In this document: one piece after another, positions 10,731 through 23,906 of the stretch
Layout: every line of letters starts with the position of its first letter
How positions within the stretch are numbered: position 1 is the stretch's first letter
From: Hydrolagus affinis
Taxonomy: Eukaryota
Direction of reading: 5' to 3'
Length of the DNA: 64,000 bases
Assembly (NCBI GenBank): GCA_012026655.1
Contig: JAAILG010000823.1
Location: forward strand, 1-64,000
Notes under the pieces: model-generated
Told to the model about the DNA's origin: nothing
The model's input: only the letters and a program-made list of their open reading frames with translations
The model's database searches: none
Position numbers and translations under genes: made by a program

Positions 10731-11714
10731 ACTAGCGAGTGATTCACTTTAAAGCTCGACTTGCATTTAAAAATATATTGGTTGATAAATCATAATACTG
10801 TAACTAAATGTAATCCTTGCATTTGCTAATAATAATAATCCTCCTATTTGATATAGAGCCTCATCATGTCATTGAGACATCTGAAAGCACGTCACAGAGA
10901 ATATACGGTAAAGTTAATTGACTGTATGTTTTGTGGACTACATTTTATGGGAAAAGAGCGGGGCAGTAGGACTAATTGGATAGCTCTTTCAAACAGCCGT
11001 CAGAGGCACGATAGGCTAATTGGCCTCCTTCTCTGCTGTAAGATTCTATGACTCTTCAGAAATGGTGATGAATTTCTGAGCGACAGCTGAACAAAACCGG
11101 AATTCCCAGCCGGCAATCTCGCCAATCCCTTATTATTTTATCTCTTTCAATTATATCAACGAATCTGAGAGGTTTATTTTTTTTAAAAAAGAAAACAAGT
11201 CATTTTAAGGCTATCTTTTAAATCGCGTCAAAGTTGGACAAGTTTTAGACAAGTAAAAAAAAATTCCTATTTAGTGGGTTCAAAATAAAATTCCTATAAT
11301 CAAGGCTTTCCATTTCCATTTTCAGATGTCTCCATGGATTGATTGGGATCATGGACTGAGCTGTCATTAGAACATGCCTCTGTTGTCTGAGTTCTTAACT
11401 AAGGGAGCGGCCCAAAGCAGATAAGGAATAGTGATTACAACTGGCTGTGTGTTGCACGTGCCTCCTCACTCAACTTTTCAATCCCAAGGGAACTCCCACT
11501 CAGGTTCTGTAATGGAACAGCAACACCTAGTGGCTAGAGACTAACAGGATTGTATCCCTGTGAAGCACATCAGTTGGTCACCTTTCCGTTCAGGATTTTC
11601 CCCGCGCTGGAACATGTGAGATGTTTGCATGAAGAAGGCCCGTTGGCTGAGTTGGGTGTCTCCCTCCCATTATACTCACCCTATCACCTTCCCTAGGGGA
11701 GTGACACCCCACTC

Positions 11715-12198
11715 TGTAGCTCATGTCCTCTCTCGCACGAGGCTCTATGAGCCCATCAGCCCCAACCTCGCCCGGCTCCACTGGCTCCCCATTCCTCAGA
11801 GGATACAATTCAAGATCTTCGTCCTCACTTTCAAGGCCCTACCACAACCTTGCATCCTCCTACCTCTCTGACCTGCTAACCTCCTATCCTCCTATCAAAC
11901 TGTCCGTTCCCTCCATTCAGCAGGCTCCGGCCTGCTCCATAGCTCCATCCTGACCCACCCTACCATCAGCGGCCGGGCTTTCANNNNNNNNNNNNNNNNN
12001 NNNNNNNNNNNNNNNNNNNNNNNNNNNNNNNNNNNNNNNNNNNNNNNNNNNNNNNNNNNNNNNNNNNNNNNNNNNNNNNNNNNCCCCCCCCCCCCCCACT
12101 CCCCATGCTCGGGTCCTGACCCCCTGATTGTTCAGCGCCTTGGGAAGTCCTCCTGATGTGTAAGGCGCTCTACAAATGTAAAGTTATTTGTTGTTGCT
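11715..12198 (+). mobile_element. L2-clade LINE 3' fragment (spans gap)
   Basis: Translates to AHVLSRTRLYEPISPNLARLHWLPIPQRIQFKIFVLTFKAL, the L2 ORF2 C-terminal LHWLP..RI.FK signature. The L2 tail follows the gap. Confidence 0.85.
11984..12083. other. Assembly gap (100 N) inside an L2 fragment
   Basis: Run of N. Confidence 0.99.
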
Positions 12199-12611
12199 AC
12201 TCCAATTGCAGCATTGATCCTGTACTCATTCATCAACCGCGCACACGGGCAATTTACAGCAGGTATTCTGGCGGTTGATTTTCCCCCTCTAGAAATCAGG
12301 ACGTGGGATTCCATTTTTGTCCCACTATTTTACGAATTCTTCGAAAATTCTTTTAAAATTCGGATACTTTTACTGGAACGTCTATTTTGGAATCACTGAC
12401 GCAAGAACAAATGGAATGAGCGAAGACTATTCAGCTCATAAACGCTCGCTCACCTCAAAGAGCAGGATAAACCTACAATATCACACATTTCCATCCTTTC
12501 TATCATACACGATAATAATCTTTGCAATCTGATACAGCGCCATATCATGACGTCAAGACACCTCAAAGCATTTCACAAGTTTTTTCTGTGAAGTGTAGTG
12601 AGTATTCGTAT

Positions 12612-12870
12612 GGGTTGTTCAGTTGGATGTTAAAGACTCTGGCTATATTCGAAAAGAACAAGGAGTTTCTCCCAGTGTCCTGGCCAACAAATTCCCCCAA
12701 ATAAAACTGGTCACTCACTGCATGGCTGTTCATGTAACGGTGCTGTGTGCAAACTGGCCGCCCCATTTCACTCACAAAATACACAGTCCATCCACTTCAC
12801 AGTGGAAAAGCTTTGAGATTTCTCATGACCACGTGAAAGGCGCTATATCAAATGCAAGGATTATTATTCT
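12612..12870 (+). mobile_element. Old SacSINE1/AmnSINE1-like Deu SINE, 3' part
   Basis: GGATGTTAAAGA...GGAGTTTCTCCCAGTGTCCTGGCCAAC...TGCTGTGTGCAAACTGGC core plus the shared tail. Confidence 0.7.
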
Positions 12871-14729
12871 TCTTAGTGCCAAGAACTGGTATTCAGCCAT
12901 CAGACGGGGAATATCCCATATCTACAGCCTGGCGGGAGTTGAATAGACTGATCATGATCACCAGACAACAATAGGGTTCTGTAACACTGAAGTTTGGGAA
13001 TAAAAAGAGCCGAGACTCACACTCTTGATCACTGTCCAATGGCTACAGATGGGACGTGTGTGTGGTGTGGATGTTGGATGAGGACAAGGTAGATTTGGCT
13101 GCCGTGTTCTCCAGTGTACTTCAGGTCTGGGTTCCCCGAATGGACATCATCGCGCCACAAAGACAATCTGGTTTGGTCACTACTCGATACTCGAGTGCCA
13201 GGAGCTAAGCTCACCGCCGGAGGCCTTGGAAAGTGGCATGAAGTGAGAGCCAAGGTGGCGAGCATGCCGTTTAACACGTAACTTCATCCAGGCATCCACA
13301 GCTTTACCACAGAACACACACGGTGTGATTGATTGCCTTCTGCCGAGGAAGGAAAGGGAGAAGACAATCGGAAAACAAAGAGCAGACCAATGAAATTAGT
13401 GCACAAAGCAGTCATTTGTCCCGTGTGTATGACGGAGCTCAAGTGGAGTGACGTGCATCCCAAGGCTGATGGAGAGAGATCTCTTGGCTCAGTTCATCAG
13501 TGCTCGCTCATCTCTGGGTCAGTAGGTTGTCAGTTTAAGCTCCTCATCAGGCATCCGAGTCTAGGCTGACACTCCAGTGCTGGACTGGGGAGACCTGCGT
13601 AGCCACAGATACCGTCTCGTTGCTCTGAGAGACGTCGCTCTCTACATCTGACAGTTAAATTAATGTAAAACATGATAAGGTGCTGGAAGAATGCGAGTTA
13701 TGTCAGCGCCTCTCACTTTCAGTGGCATTGTTGACCAGTCAGGTATTCGGAGGGTTTGAGATGTAGCCCACTGCTGATAGCTGACACCATGAGGTTTCAC
13801 TTTAACGCTCTAGCATTAAAGAAAACAAACAACATTTCTAAGCTGAGCTCTGGTCAGACGCACTGGAACACTCTCTCCATCTGTTTCAGTTGGAGGCCAA
13901 AGCAAACAGTCTGTTCTCACCAAAGATCCCCATCGCTGGCCGACTGCTGCTTAATTGGAGGAAATTCTGGGGGAATTCCTATCGAATGGGAAAGTGTACA
14001 GAGCAACATGCCATCCGCTGCCTGCGGGCGCTCCTCTCATGTGTCTCTGAGTGACGCACGACGAGAATGGGGACACGCGAGGAGAGGTGGGAGGGGGTTT
14101 GGAGGGGAACCTCAAATACCTCTACACTACTAACCAAAAGCACAGGGTGAGGCTACCTTAGGCTACATGACTCACAGCGCTCACATATGTGCTTGTTTTT
14201 GACACCGTTCACTGTAGATTGTATGGCACCTGTTGAAAATAGCACCTGACAAATCAATCAAAACAAATTAAATACTCATTGCATTTGATTTAGCATCTCT
14301 GATAATCATAACGCTGACATTTGCTCCGACTCCCTTCACGTCAGGAAGATGTCCCTACAACTCCTCACACAAAGGACTGTAAAGTAGAGCGCCTTTTGTG
14401 TTTCATGGGCGAACACTTCAACATGCTTCAAAACGTTTCTGTCAAGTGTAGTGACTATATTTACAGGCAAATGCAGCCTAGGCTTGAATCCACAGCCTTC
14501 TGACGCAGAGGTAAGACAAAGAGAAAAATAATTTGTCTTACCTCTGGGACCACTCCTACCATCACCATCGCCCTCCCCCTGGCACGGCCTCGGGCTCCAC
14601 TAAGCGCTCTGAGATCCCGCCCGGCATGGCGGGCACTATATAAATTTAAGTTGGTATTCATGATCTTATGGCAGGGCTGATTAAGGGGCTGAATGGCCTA
14701 CTCTTGCTCCTTATTCCTATATTCCTATG

Positions 14730-14935
14730 ATAATAATAATCCTTGCATTTGATATCGCGCTTTTCACATCTTCTAAGCGTCTGAAAGCGCTTCACAGAAT
14801 ATACTGTAAAGTGAATTCACTGTATATTTGTGGGCGAAACGTGGCAGCCAATTGCGCACAGCAGCGTCCCACAAACAGTCGTGGATTAAAATGACCAATT
14901 TTATTATTGTGTTTTTTTGGGGAGGGATTATTATT
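14730..14935 (-). mobile_element. tRNA-derived Deu SINE, 5'-truncated
   Basis: High similarity to the other copies, with (TAA)n tail. Confidence 0.85.
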
Positions 14936-15041
14936 ATGTTGTTGTTATTGTTGTCATCCACTAATCCACTTTCTGAAAATAAATTGCAAAATAATGGCCA
15001 AAGGGATCAAGTTAAATAGTCACTGGAGATATTTGCATTGA

Positions 15042-15235
15042 AACATAGAAACAGGAGGAGGACATTCAGCCCCTCGAGCCTGTTCTTGTATTCTATTAGA
15101 TCACGGCTGATCTTTACCTCAAGTCCAGCCCGTGCCCCGTATCCCTTAATACCCTGACCTATAGATATCCATCTCAAATTTAAGGATAGGAATGGATCCA
15201 GCATCCACAGCCTTTTGGAGGAGAGAGTTCTAGAC
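15042..15235 (-). mobile_element. CR1 LINE 3' end fragment
   Basis: Reverse-complement similarity to the CR1 tail at about 19900-20110. Confidence 0.7.
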
Positions 15236-17589
15236 TTAGTGGATAAATGCAGCCTATCTTGTGGTGTTAAGAGGTGTCTGGTTAGTGATCATCACCAGGC
15301 TTTACCAGCTTTACGAGTGGATGATGAAGATGATTGTAGTATTTACTAGAGCACAGACCACAAATCTAACCAAATGCTTAACCCAACCAGCATTTAGCAT
15401 TAACGTACACTTGGCAACATGAACCCCCGTAGCTTGTCACGTAACAGTGCATGTAACACGACAAGTAGCGTGGGACTTAACATGTGTAACAGGGCATGCA
15501 ACACGGGTAGAATGACACAGAGCCTGATAATTCGACGTGCAAAAGCATAAGGCTGCAGAAAGAATGAACCGAGAAGTCGGAGACCATAATGTCAACACTG
15601 GAACCCCGGCTGCTGGAATAGTGGTGCATTTACTCTCCAAGAATTCAAGGAACAACATCAGCAGAGGAGTTGGGGAAGGTCCAACTGGCCACAACGCTGA
15701 GCAGATCCTGCAACATCACAAGAACAGGCTGTAGGTCAATGCAGAAAAGGAAAGGCCACACACATGGCTCTCAAGAGCTTGGTTAGAACCAGACTCATCA
15801 CCAACCATCTCCCACACCTAGGCTTCGTCACTCCACCGACAGCTCGGTAAGAAAATGCTTTGCGTGGTGTAACCGTGCAGATAACCTGGTTTCTGACGAG
15901 TCGCCCGATGTGCGCCAGGTAAATCACGGTGTTGCTAGCACACGGACGTGTACAGTAGGTGAGGTGTACTAGAGCAACTGACTAGCATATGTCATCACCT
16001 TCAGAGGTGAAGTGGTGAAGCAAAGTTACTGATGTGTTTTATGAAAAGAAGAACAAAGGATACTCTGGCTTGTTTCCCCGTGGCACCCACACACCAAAAC
16101 AGAGAGATTTGCAGCCTGGAAACATTATACACGTCACTGTAGACAACAACCAAATGACATTTATAGAGCATTCTTTTCACATCGGGAGGGCTACTCTAGA
16201 CCATGATGAGTGGAGGAGGGTCAGGTGCTTTCTCCTGGGGTGGTGGGGGAGGAGGCAGGAAGCAAAGTCCACCTCTCAGTATCTCTCACACACTTACCAA
16301 TGGCCCCTTCAGATCAGTGTGGTGTTGCCTTCCTCTTATCACCATGAAGGTATGAGTATGGCGCTTACACAAAATATGCAGTCCATTCACTTCACAGTAT
16401 ACATTCCGTCAAGCACTTTCAGACATCATGGAGACATGATAAGGTGCTATATCAAATGCAATTATTGTTATAGTACTAATCTATATTATATGAGTTCAAG
16501 TCCGACGTGGGGCTTGAACCCACAACTTTCTGATCCAAAGGCAAGCACGTCACCAAGTAAGCCAGACTGACACTTTGTAGGGTTGCTATGATGCACCCAC
16601 TCGCATCATAGCAACCCTACTTACTGCTTTACCTCTGGCTCAGATGAAGTAACTCACCAGAAACCAGGGACTAAACCCAGGATCCGTTTGGGTCCATGCT
16701 GCACCAACCAAGCTATGACAACAACAACAACAACACATGACATTTGCACGGCTCCTGTCACCTGGGTGTTCAAGTGTAATTTGTTGGTATGTTAGAGCCC
16801 CACAAAGATTCCAGCCAGCCGGAAATTCAGCCCCAGTTCAGTTATCCGTTATTAATTTGTACCCCTCAATTTGCTTCAGCCACTCTGTCCCCAACCTCTG
16901 GATCTGCATCCCATAATCCCTCCGCCTCGCCCCCCCCCTCCCTGGCCTCCATCAAGTCTCAGCTCAAGGCTCTTCGATGGATCCATGAGCAACTCCTAAT
17001 TCCCCTTCTTCTCCCCACTGTCCTCAGCAGGGTTATGAAGCAGTAACTGTCCAGCACCTTGGGAAGTCCTCCTGACATGAAGGGCGCTATACAAGTGTAA
17101 TTTTGTTGCTATTGTTGCTTCCCATGGATATAAGCAGCATATCAATCCTGCCTTATTTGATTCCAGCTTGCGACTTGCCGACAACTCTCCATCATTCCAC
17201 TCGTAAATGTTTATGAATTCTTTGGTGAAGCAGAGTCCCCAAAAACAAATGTGCAGCTGTTAGTCTCTAATCTCTCAGCTGTATGTCCTGAGCACAGTCT
17301 GTGTGCCTCTCTCTCTCTCGCTCTCTGTGGCCTGCATGCTTCAGTGTTGTTCTTGGAGTGATATGCCCGAGCAGAGGGATGCATTCACCACTCAACAGCA
17401 CATTCCCGAACGAGAGAGAACACAGTGGAAAATGTAATGCAGCTCAATTAGTCAGCGGGTGTTAAGGATGAAGAGGCGCAGTTAGATAAACGTTTTCAAT
17501 CCAAGAGCTTTCCTCCCCAGCTGCGTTTGTTCCGTTCGCTGTCAATCTGTGTTAAAAGAGAATCGTATTGTCACAAAGCTTACAATTAA

Positions 17590-17766
17590 ATTGTTCATTT
17601 CAATTCACGACTGTTTGTGGGACACTGTCGTGCGCAATTGGCTGCCGCGTTTCGCCCACACAAGAAAATATAGTCCACTCACTTTACAGTATATTCTGTG
17701 AAGCGCTTTGAGACGTTGATAAGATGTGAAAAGCGCTGTATCAAATGCAAGAATTATTATTATTAT
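17590..17766 (+). mobile_element. tRNA-derived Deu SINE, 3' half
   Basis: Deu box plus tail ending AAATGCAAGAATTATTATTATT. Confidence 0.85.
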
Positions 17767-17837
17767 CCCCATTCAATCAGGAGCTCTTTCCAATTCAACA
17801 GTGTGTCACCATCAGACCTCCTCTGTTCTGTTGTTTG

Positions 17838-18256
17838 TCAGCCTGGGGCAGTGGGTGGTAGCTCTCTCGCCTCCCAGCCAGAAGGTCGTAGCTTCAAGCT
17901 CCTCACATCGGCTCTTGGAATCGCATAGTCTAAGGTGACACTTCCCAGCACAGAGCTTTCATTTGTCGGAGGTGCCATCGTTCTGCTGGAAGTTAAACCG
18001 AGCCCTCGCCTGCCTGTTCAGGCAGATGTTAAAGATCGCGTGGCACATTTCATAAAGAGGAGGGAGTTTCTCTCTCCCAGCCAACAAATAAACATTGGTC
18101 CCTCGCTCCATGGCTCTACGTGGAACATTGCTATGTGTGCGCAAGTGGCTGTCGTGTTTCACCCACGGGATATAGTAAATTTACTGTGTATCGTGTGAAG
18201 TGCTTTGAGACGTTGATATAATGCGCCATAACAAATGCAAGGGTTATTCATTATTG
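17838..18256 (+). mobile_element. Old SacSINE1/AmnSINE1-like Deu SINE, near full length
   Basis: Degenerate tRNA-like head (GGTAGCTCTCTCGCCTC..AGAAGGTCGTAGCTTCAAG), TGTCGGAGGTGCCATC..GTTAAACCGAG core, Deu box and tail. Confidence 0.7.
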
Positions 18257-18451
18257 TTACACCTGTTCACTCCCTAACCTCACCAAACACTTTACTAGCT
18301 GTTTAAATACACCAACCATGTCTCCAGCAGCTAATATACGGGGATGGCACAGAAGTCAGTGCTGCCGTACTGCAGGGTGAGTGAGTGTGCGCGTGAGAGA
18401 GCGTGTGTGTGTGAGTGTGTGTTGGGTTGGCATTGTGCTGATGCTCATATA

Positions 18452-18575
18452 GGAACATAAGAATTAGGAGCAGGAGTAGGCCATTCAGCCCCTCGAGCCT
18501 GCCCCGCCATTCAATAAGATCATCTTCTAATGTAAGTCCACCCACCCGCCTTAACCCCCCGTATCCCTTAAACCC
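18452..18575 (-). mobile_element. CR1 LINE 3' tail fragment
   Basis: GAACATAAGAATTAGGAGCAGGAGTAGGCCATTCAGCCCCTCGAGCCTGCCCCGCCATTC is the reverse complement of about 20040-20105. Confidence 0.85.
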
Positions 18576-19461
18576 TTTGTCCAGAAGAAATATCAGCCGA
18601 GTATGTTCGCAGCAGCCCCGACATGGCTAGGATCGGGTTGTTTAATCCGACGTATTGTTTAATCTGGGCAGGACCGAGCGAAAGGGAAACTTTAAGACGG
18701 GGCAAGAGAGCAACAACAATCAGGAATCGACTCCAAAAACAACACGGAATCGAGGTGCGGAACCCGCCTGAGGAGCCAGTCTGGGACGTATCCCATTGTT
18801 CACTTATTCCATCTGTTCCCAATCGAAATGCATGTGGTACAAATGAACTCCCCACTATTGTTTAATTGACTGCCTGTAAATATTTAGCTGCAATACCAAT
18901 TGTGCTTTCTCACAGCTCGGGACAGCTGCGTTGGGAGCCAGGAGGGTTTACTGAGTCATTTTTCACTTTAGAAATACAAACCCGTCGTTTTGCTACTAAC
19001 AAGCGAGACGGAGTGATGTCCCAAAGTCCAATCACACCGGTGGAGGAAACAAATTAGTGACACAAGCTCAGTGATCCACACCACACCTTGCCCTGCTCCA
19101 GACAATTACGTGAACGCATGTATGGAAACAGGTCGTTCTGCCCAAATAGACCTTGCTGGGGAGTCACAGGAGCTCGCAGCTGTACTGCCTGGTTAATGGC
19201 ACTATTTGTTGGTCCAAACAAGTCGCGCAAATATGTTCTACATAGAGAGAGTTTGTTAAATGCTTGAAAGAAGGGCCCTGAAGCTATTTTCCTGAGATCA
19301 GAATAGAATGGAAGGGAACAACAGGCAGTTTGTAACACTCTGTAGTCTGTAAGCCTTGTGCTAATTAGTGGATGTGGATTTAGATTAATCAATTAGAACT
19401 TTTAAATATGTATAATATATAAAATATCAAATGTAAGGATTATGTTATATACACAGTATAT

Positions 19462-19463
19462 GT

Positions 19464-19522
<59 letters not shown>
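19462..19522. repeat. (CA)n(TA)n(CA)n microsatellite
   Basis: Directly visible. Confidence 0.95.
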
Positions 19523-19604
19523 GAGTGTCCAAAAAATAGTGATACCATTATAATGTCCTATAAGTCTTAATGAAATTATGATTTTGTTTCAGATAATAGA
19601 ACAG

Positions 19605-20112
19605 GGGGGGTGCAGGATAGATTCACTAGGTTAGTTCCTGGGATGAGGGGACTGACCTATGAGTATAGGTTGAATGAACTAGAGCTGTATTCTCTAGAGT
19701 ACAGAAGAATTAGGGGAGATCTTATTGAAACGTATAAGATTCTTAAAGGGCTGGATAAAGTAGACACTGAGGGACTGTTTCCCCTGGTAGGAGAATCTAT
19801 AACCAGGGGTCATAATCTTAAAATTAAGGGTCAGCCTTTTAGAACAGAGTTGAGGAAACATTTCTTCACTCAGAAGGTAGTGAATTTAAGGAATTCACTA
19901 CCCCAGAAGGCTGTGGATGCTCAGTCCTTGAACATTTTCAAGGCTGAGACTGACAGATTTTTTTTATAATAGAGGCATTAGGGGATATGGGGATGGGGCA
20001 TATAATTAGAGTTAGGTCCAGAAGATCAGCCATGATCTTATCGAATGGCGGGGCAGGCTCGAAGGGCCGAATGGCCTACTCCTGCTCCTAATTCTTATGT
20101 TTTTATGTTCTT
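19605..20112 (+). mobile_element. CR1 LINE, 5'-truncated (ORF2 C-terminus plus 3'UTR)
   Basis: ORF 19610-19969 RFTRLVPGMRGLTYEYRL..LYSLEYRRIRGDLIETYKILKG..TRGH..FFTQKVVN.. is a typical CR1 ORF2 end. The tail ends in (TTCTTATG)-like units. Confidence 0.93.
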
Positions 20113-21194
20113 AATAAGGTTTAAGTGCTCTGCGACACTACCCCGTGTGAAGGGCGCTATATATAAATGCAAGTTGTTATTGTTGATGAAGATATCGTAA
20201 CATTTTGCTCACGCTATATGTGTGTATATAGATATATATATAAATAAAACATATAAACATGTACACACACACCGTCACACAGGAAATAGAGCACAAATAG
20301 CTCTGAGTCAGATGGCTTACAGTTATTATTAAAAAAAACACACACACAGAACTTACACGGCGTATAACTTCAGCAGTGCGGAGAGAATAAAAAAGGCAGA
20401 GTGTGCTTTGAGGCGTTAAAACAGGCAGCATAGGCATCTGCAAACCATTCGCCAGTTTCACAATTAAACTTTTAAGGCACAAACGGTCGCGTTAGAAATA
20501 ATGTGAAACAGCAGCTCTTGTTACTGACAAGAGAGATCATTTTGCAGTGTTTCTTATGGGATTTCCTAATGCAGAGATGATGTGACATTGACTCACGGGA
20601 GCAATTTCACCGACTATAAGCTTCACAACAAACTCGCCCCCCCCACCCCACCCCACCCCCCATCACCACCGATCCGCTCAATTGTCTATTTTAAAATATA
20701 AATATATGTATATATCCGCGCCCTCTGTTTTATCGTTGATTCAAATTAGCAAAACATTTTATTTGGACACCGAATGGCCTGAGCCCTCGGCTTCACCCAA
20801 TTTCCTGCAGTTTTGTCAGGTGACGGCGTTGAGGCACAAGGGCCGCGAGATTAGAGCTGAGCGAAAAAGTATCAAACACTCAGTTAATGGATATGTCTCC
20901 GTCGTGCTCCGCCAACTGTCAAACGATCTGAGACGTTGCCCTGCAAGACGAGCGCTAGATAAACGCAAGGTGTTGGCTGTTATGGTGGTTGTTATTGCAA
21001 CCAGATACGAGACTCTCAATCCCGTTTGCTTGTTAACCAGGCCTGAAATTCCAAGCATCCAGAGACACTACCCATTGTGACGGTCGCAATGTATCAACGC
21101 AAGTTGTTGTTGGGAGATCAGCTAACTGAGCAGAACATACAACATACGCATAAGAACCTGCAACCATCTGGTCTCTATGTGGCCAAGCGTTGGA

Positions 21195-21521
21195 GGAGCT
21201 CCTGCAGCTGAGTGGTTAGAGCACTCGCCTTTCAAGCGTCAGACCCATGTTCGAATCCAGGCAGATCAGGGCGAAACCTTGGGCAAGTTTCCTTACTCCA
21301 CACGCCTGATAATAATCCCTCCAAAATAAAACACAATAATAAAATTGGTAATTTCAATCCACGACTGTTTGTGGGGACGCCGCTGTGCACAATTAGCTGC
21401 CGCGTTTCACCCACAAGTATTCAGTCAATTCACTTTACAGTATATTCTGTGACGCACTTTGAGACATCTAGAAGATGTGAAAGGCGCTATATCAAATGCA
21501 AAGATTATTATTATCATTATT
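21195..21521 (+). mobile_element. tRNA-derived Deu-domain SINE, full length
   Basis: A box-like (AGCTGAGTGG) and B box (GTTCGAATCC) head, GGGCAAGTTTCCTTACTCCACACGCC body, Deu box, and L2-like tail ending GATTATTATT. Confidence 0.9.
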
Positions 21522-22152
21522 ACACTGAGTTGAATCTTCACCCAACAACAAGAACAACAAAATGACATTTGTACAGTGCATTTCACATTGGTGGGGCAGT
21601 CCCAAGGTGCTGGACAGTCAGTGTTTCAGACCCGAGCTGGGGTCGGGATCAGGGAGGGTGGCGGGAAGGGGAAGGCGTGTGACTGAAGGCTATTGGAGGA
21701 GTTTCCTGCTGCACAATTATATGGCTGATGGCAATCTGGCTCACTCTTACCCTTGAGAGTGTATCACACTTTCTCTAAAATATGTTGATGCTATTTGTTT
21801 CAACCACAGCACCTCCCCACCCCGTGAGTTCCAAATTCTCACCACCCTCTGTGTGAAGAAGTTCCTCATAAACGTGCCGTTAGATTTGCTACTGTTATTC
21901 TATTTCTGTCCATTGTTTTGGATTCGTCGACGAGTTCAAAAGAAGCTCATCCACATAACCCCTAATCAAATCCTCCCATCGCTCCAGGTCATTTGGAAGC
22001 AGGAACCAACCCATCCTCATCTCAGAGACGAAGAGACATGTATTGTACAGCATTGGAAAATCCCTAACTAGATGAGAAGTAATCAAAAAGCCCCAGATAA
22101 TACCGCAAAGCTATAACCACATTGGCTTACAGTCAAGAAGGTATTACCCTCA

Positions 22153-22318
22153 TACACAGCGTCCCACAAACAGTCGTGGAGTGAAATTACCAATTTATTA
22201 TTGTTTCTTTGTTGAGGATTATTATGTATTAGGCGTGTTGAGTAAGGAAACTTGCCCAAGATTTGATCCAGGTCTCTCCCTTGCAAGGCGAGTGCTCCAA
22301 CCACTGAGCTACAGGAAG
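22153..22318 (-). mobile_element. tRNA-derived Deu SINE, 5' half
   Basis: Head and body match the family. The 3' part is missing. Confidence 0.8.
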
Positions 22319-23887
22319 TTAAGCCCAATTGATTTGAAATAATAGGAAAATGGTAGGCATGGCATTTTGGAATGGTGACATCAAATAGACTGAAGCCCCT
22401 TCTTTGTCCCAAACTTTTTGCAATCTTGTAAAAATGTTTAAGCATTTAAAAAGTTCTGCTTGCTCTGTAGGAGAGTACATACTCCTGGCAACACAGCAAA
22501 GTCTGGTGATGTGCATATGGTTCTGACCTGCCCCTCTTTGAGTCTTGCAACTGAGCTGCAGAGTTCCTGTTGTACAAATGGAGACAAATATTCCGGTGGG
22601 AATGTTGGATTGAAGAGGAGAGAGAGAGAGAAAGAGAGAGAGAGAATCAGTCTTTCTTTGATACAATAAACAATTGCTTTGAGACTGTTTCATCTCGCAG
22701 GAAAACCACAAGCCAGAGTCCTGTGGAGATTCACAATCCGGGGAGGATATGGCAGAAAGAAGCAATCCTTGAACCACCCACCTAACTCAACTAGAATGTC
22801 CCAAACCAATTGAGGTGAAAGTTGGATAGGACAAAGCACATAGAGTATCTTCTCTCTGTCCCCCTCTACTTTAGTCCCAATACATTAAAAGAATGAGTAT
22901 TCACCCCTCCCCTTCCCCCATCCCTTCGAACACCTCCAGAGTAGAGATTTCTTTCTGAGAAAGATCTGTTGGCACGACACTGGTAGCATCTGGACAATTT
23001 TACTTTCAGTCTCCCTGAAACTACAGTGAAGCTGAAGGAAAACAATGGTCTGTGCCAGAGTTCTGAAATCTCCACTTGACCCAATTAGTCACCAATGACC
23101 AATAGACTCCAAGACAGCTGATTCAGTACAACAGCCTCAGCAATCAATATCAGCCACACGCTTGGGAGGGGTGGGGAATAAAAAGCAACTGACACAAAAA
23201 CATCCATTTTCCCTTCATTATTTCCCTTAAAATGTCACTGATGCCCAACCTATGTCATGTATTCTCATGTCGGATTTGGTTGGTGATGATGTTTTGTGTC
23301 CTGTGTGCTTTATGTCCTTGTGTTTTGTGTAAGTGGAACTCTTACATTCCAACCAATTGTTGGTTTCCTGCCAATAATTCACAAGAAGAATGAACTTGAG
23401 GCTTCATTGTCACCTGCAGCAAGTTTGTTTTCTAAGCTATTTTTCCCACGGCCCAGCCCTTACATACACACGCACACACACACACACATCAAGTGAATGT
23501 TACAGCGTTCAATACTGTGTAATCTGGATGGTGTTTTGGGCAGAGTTTAAGCAGCAAACACTAGGATCCTCTTTGACTTCTGCAATTTTGATGTTTTCCT
23601 ATTGATGGCTGAAACAAAAACAGTCACTACACCTGACAGGGATTAGCGTGAAGCACTTTGGGGATGTTTCAGGCTGTACATGCTGTAATCTTTCTTTTTA
23701 ACTGATTTAGAGCGTGCGGCAGGCTGGATTACACCGCTCAGCTCACAGCCTCTCACTGGGATCAATCATGGAGAGCACAGGGAAACAGCAGTGAAGGTGG
23801 GAATGTTGTGGGCTCAAAGCCTATGTCAGAACATATTAGTGTTTAAATCCTCACTCCCCCACCCCTCCCTCTAACTCAATCACTATT

Positions 23888-23906
23888 CAGTGCCCTCTAG
23901 TGGCAA
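23888..23906 (-). promoter_or_regulatory. Strong CTCF motif
   Basis: Minus strand reads TTGCCACTAGAGGGCACTG, a close fit to the CCASYAGRKGGCRS consensus. Confidence 0.65.

Noticed and set aside
19519-19600. CAGAGTGTCCAAAAAAT resembling a Tc1/mariner TIR
   Set aside because: No partner inverted repeat found, and it is flanked by a microsatellite and CR1.
21195-21262. tRNA-like sequence (also near 7630-7697, 27415-27477, 34862-34925, 47553-47615)
   Set aside because: These are SINE heads continuing directly into SINE body, not tRNA genes.
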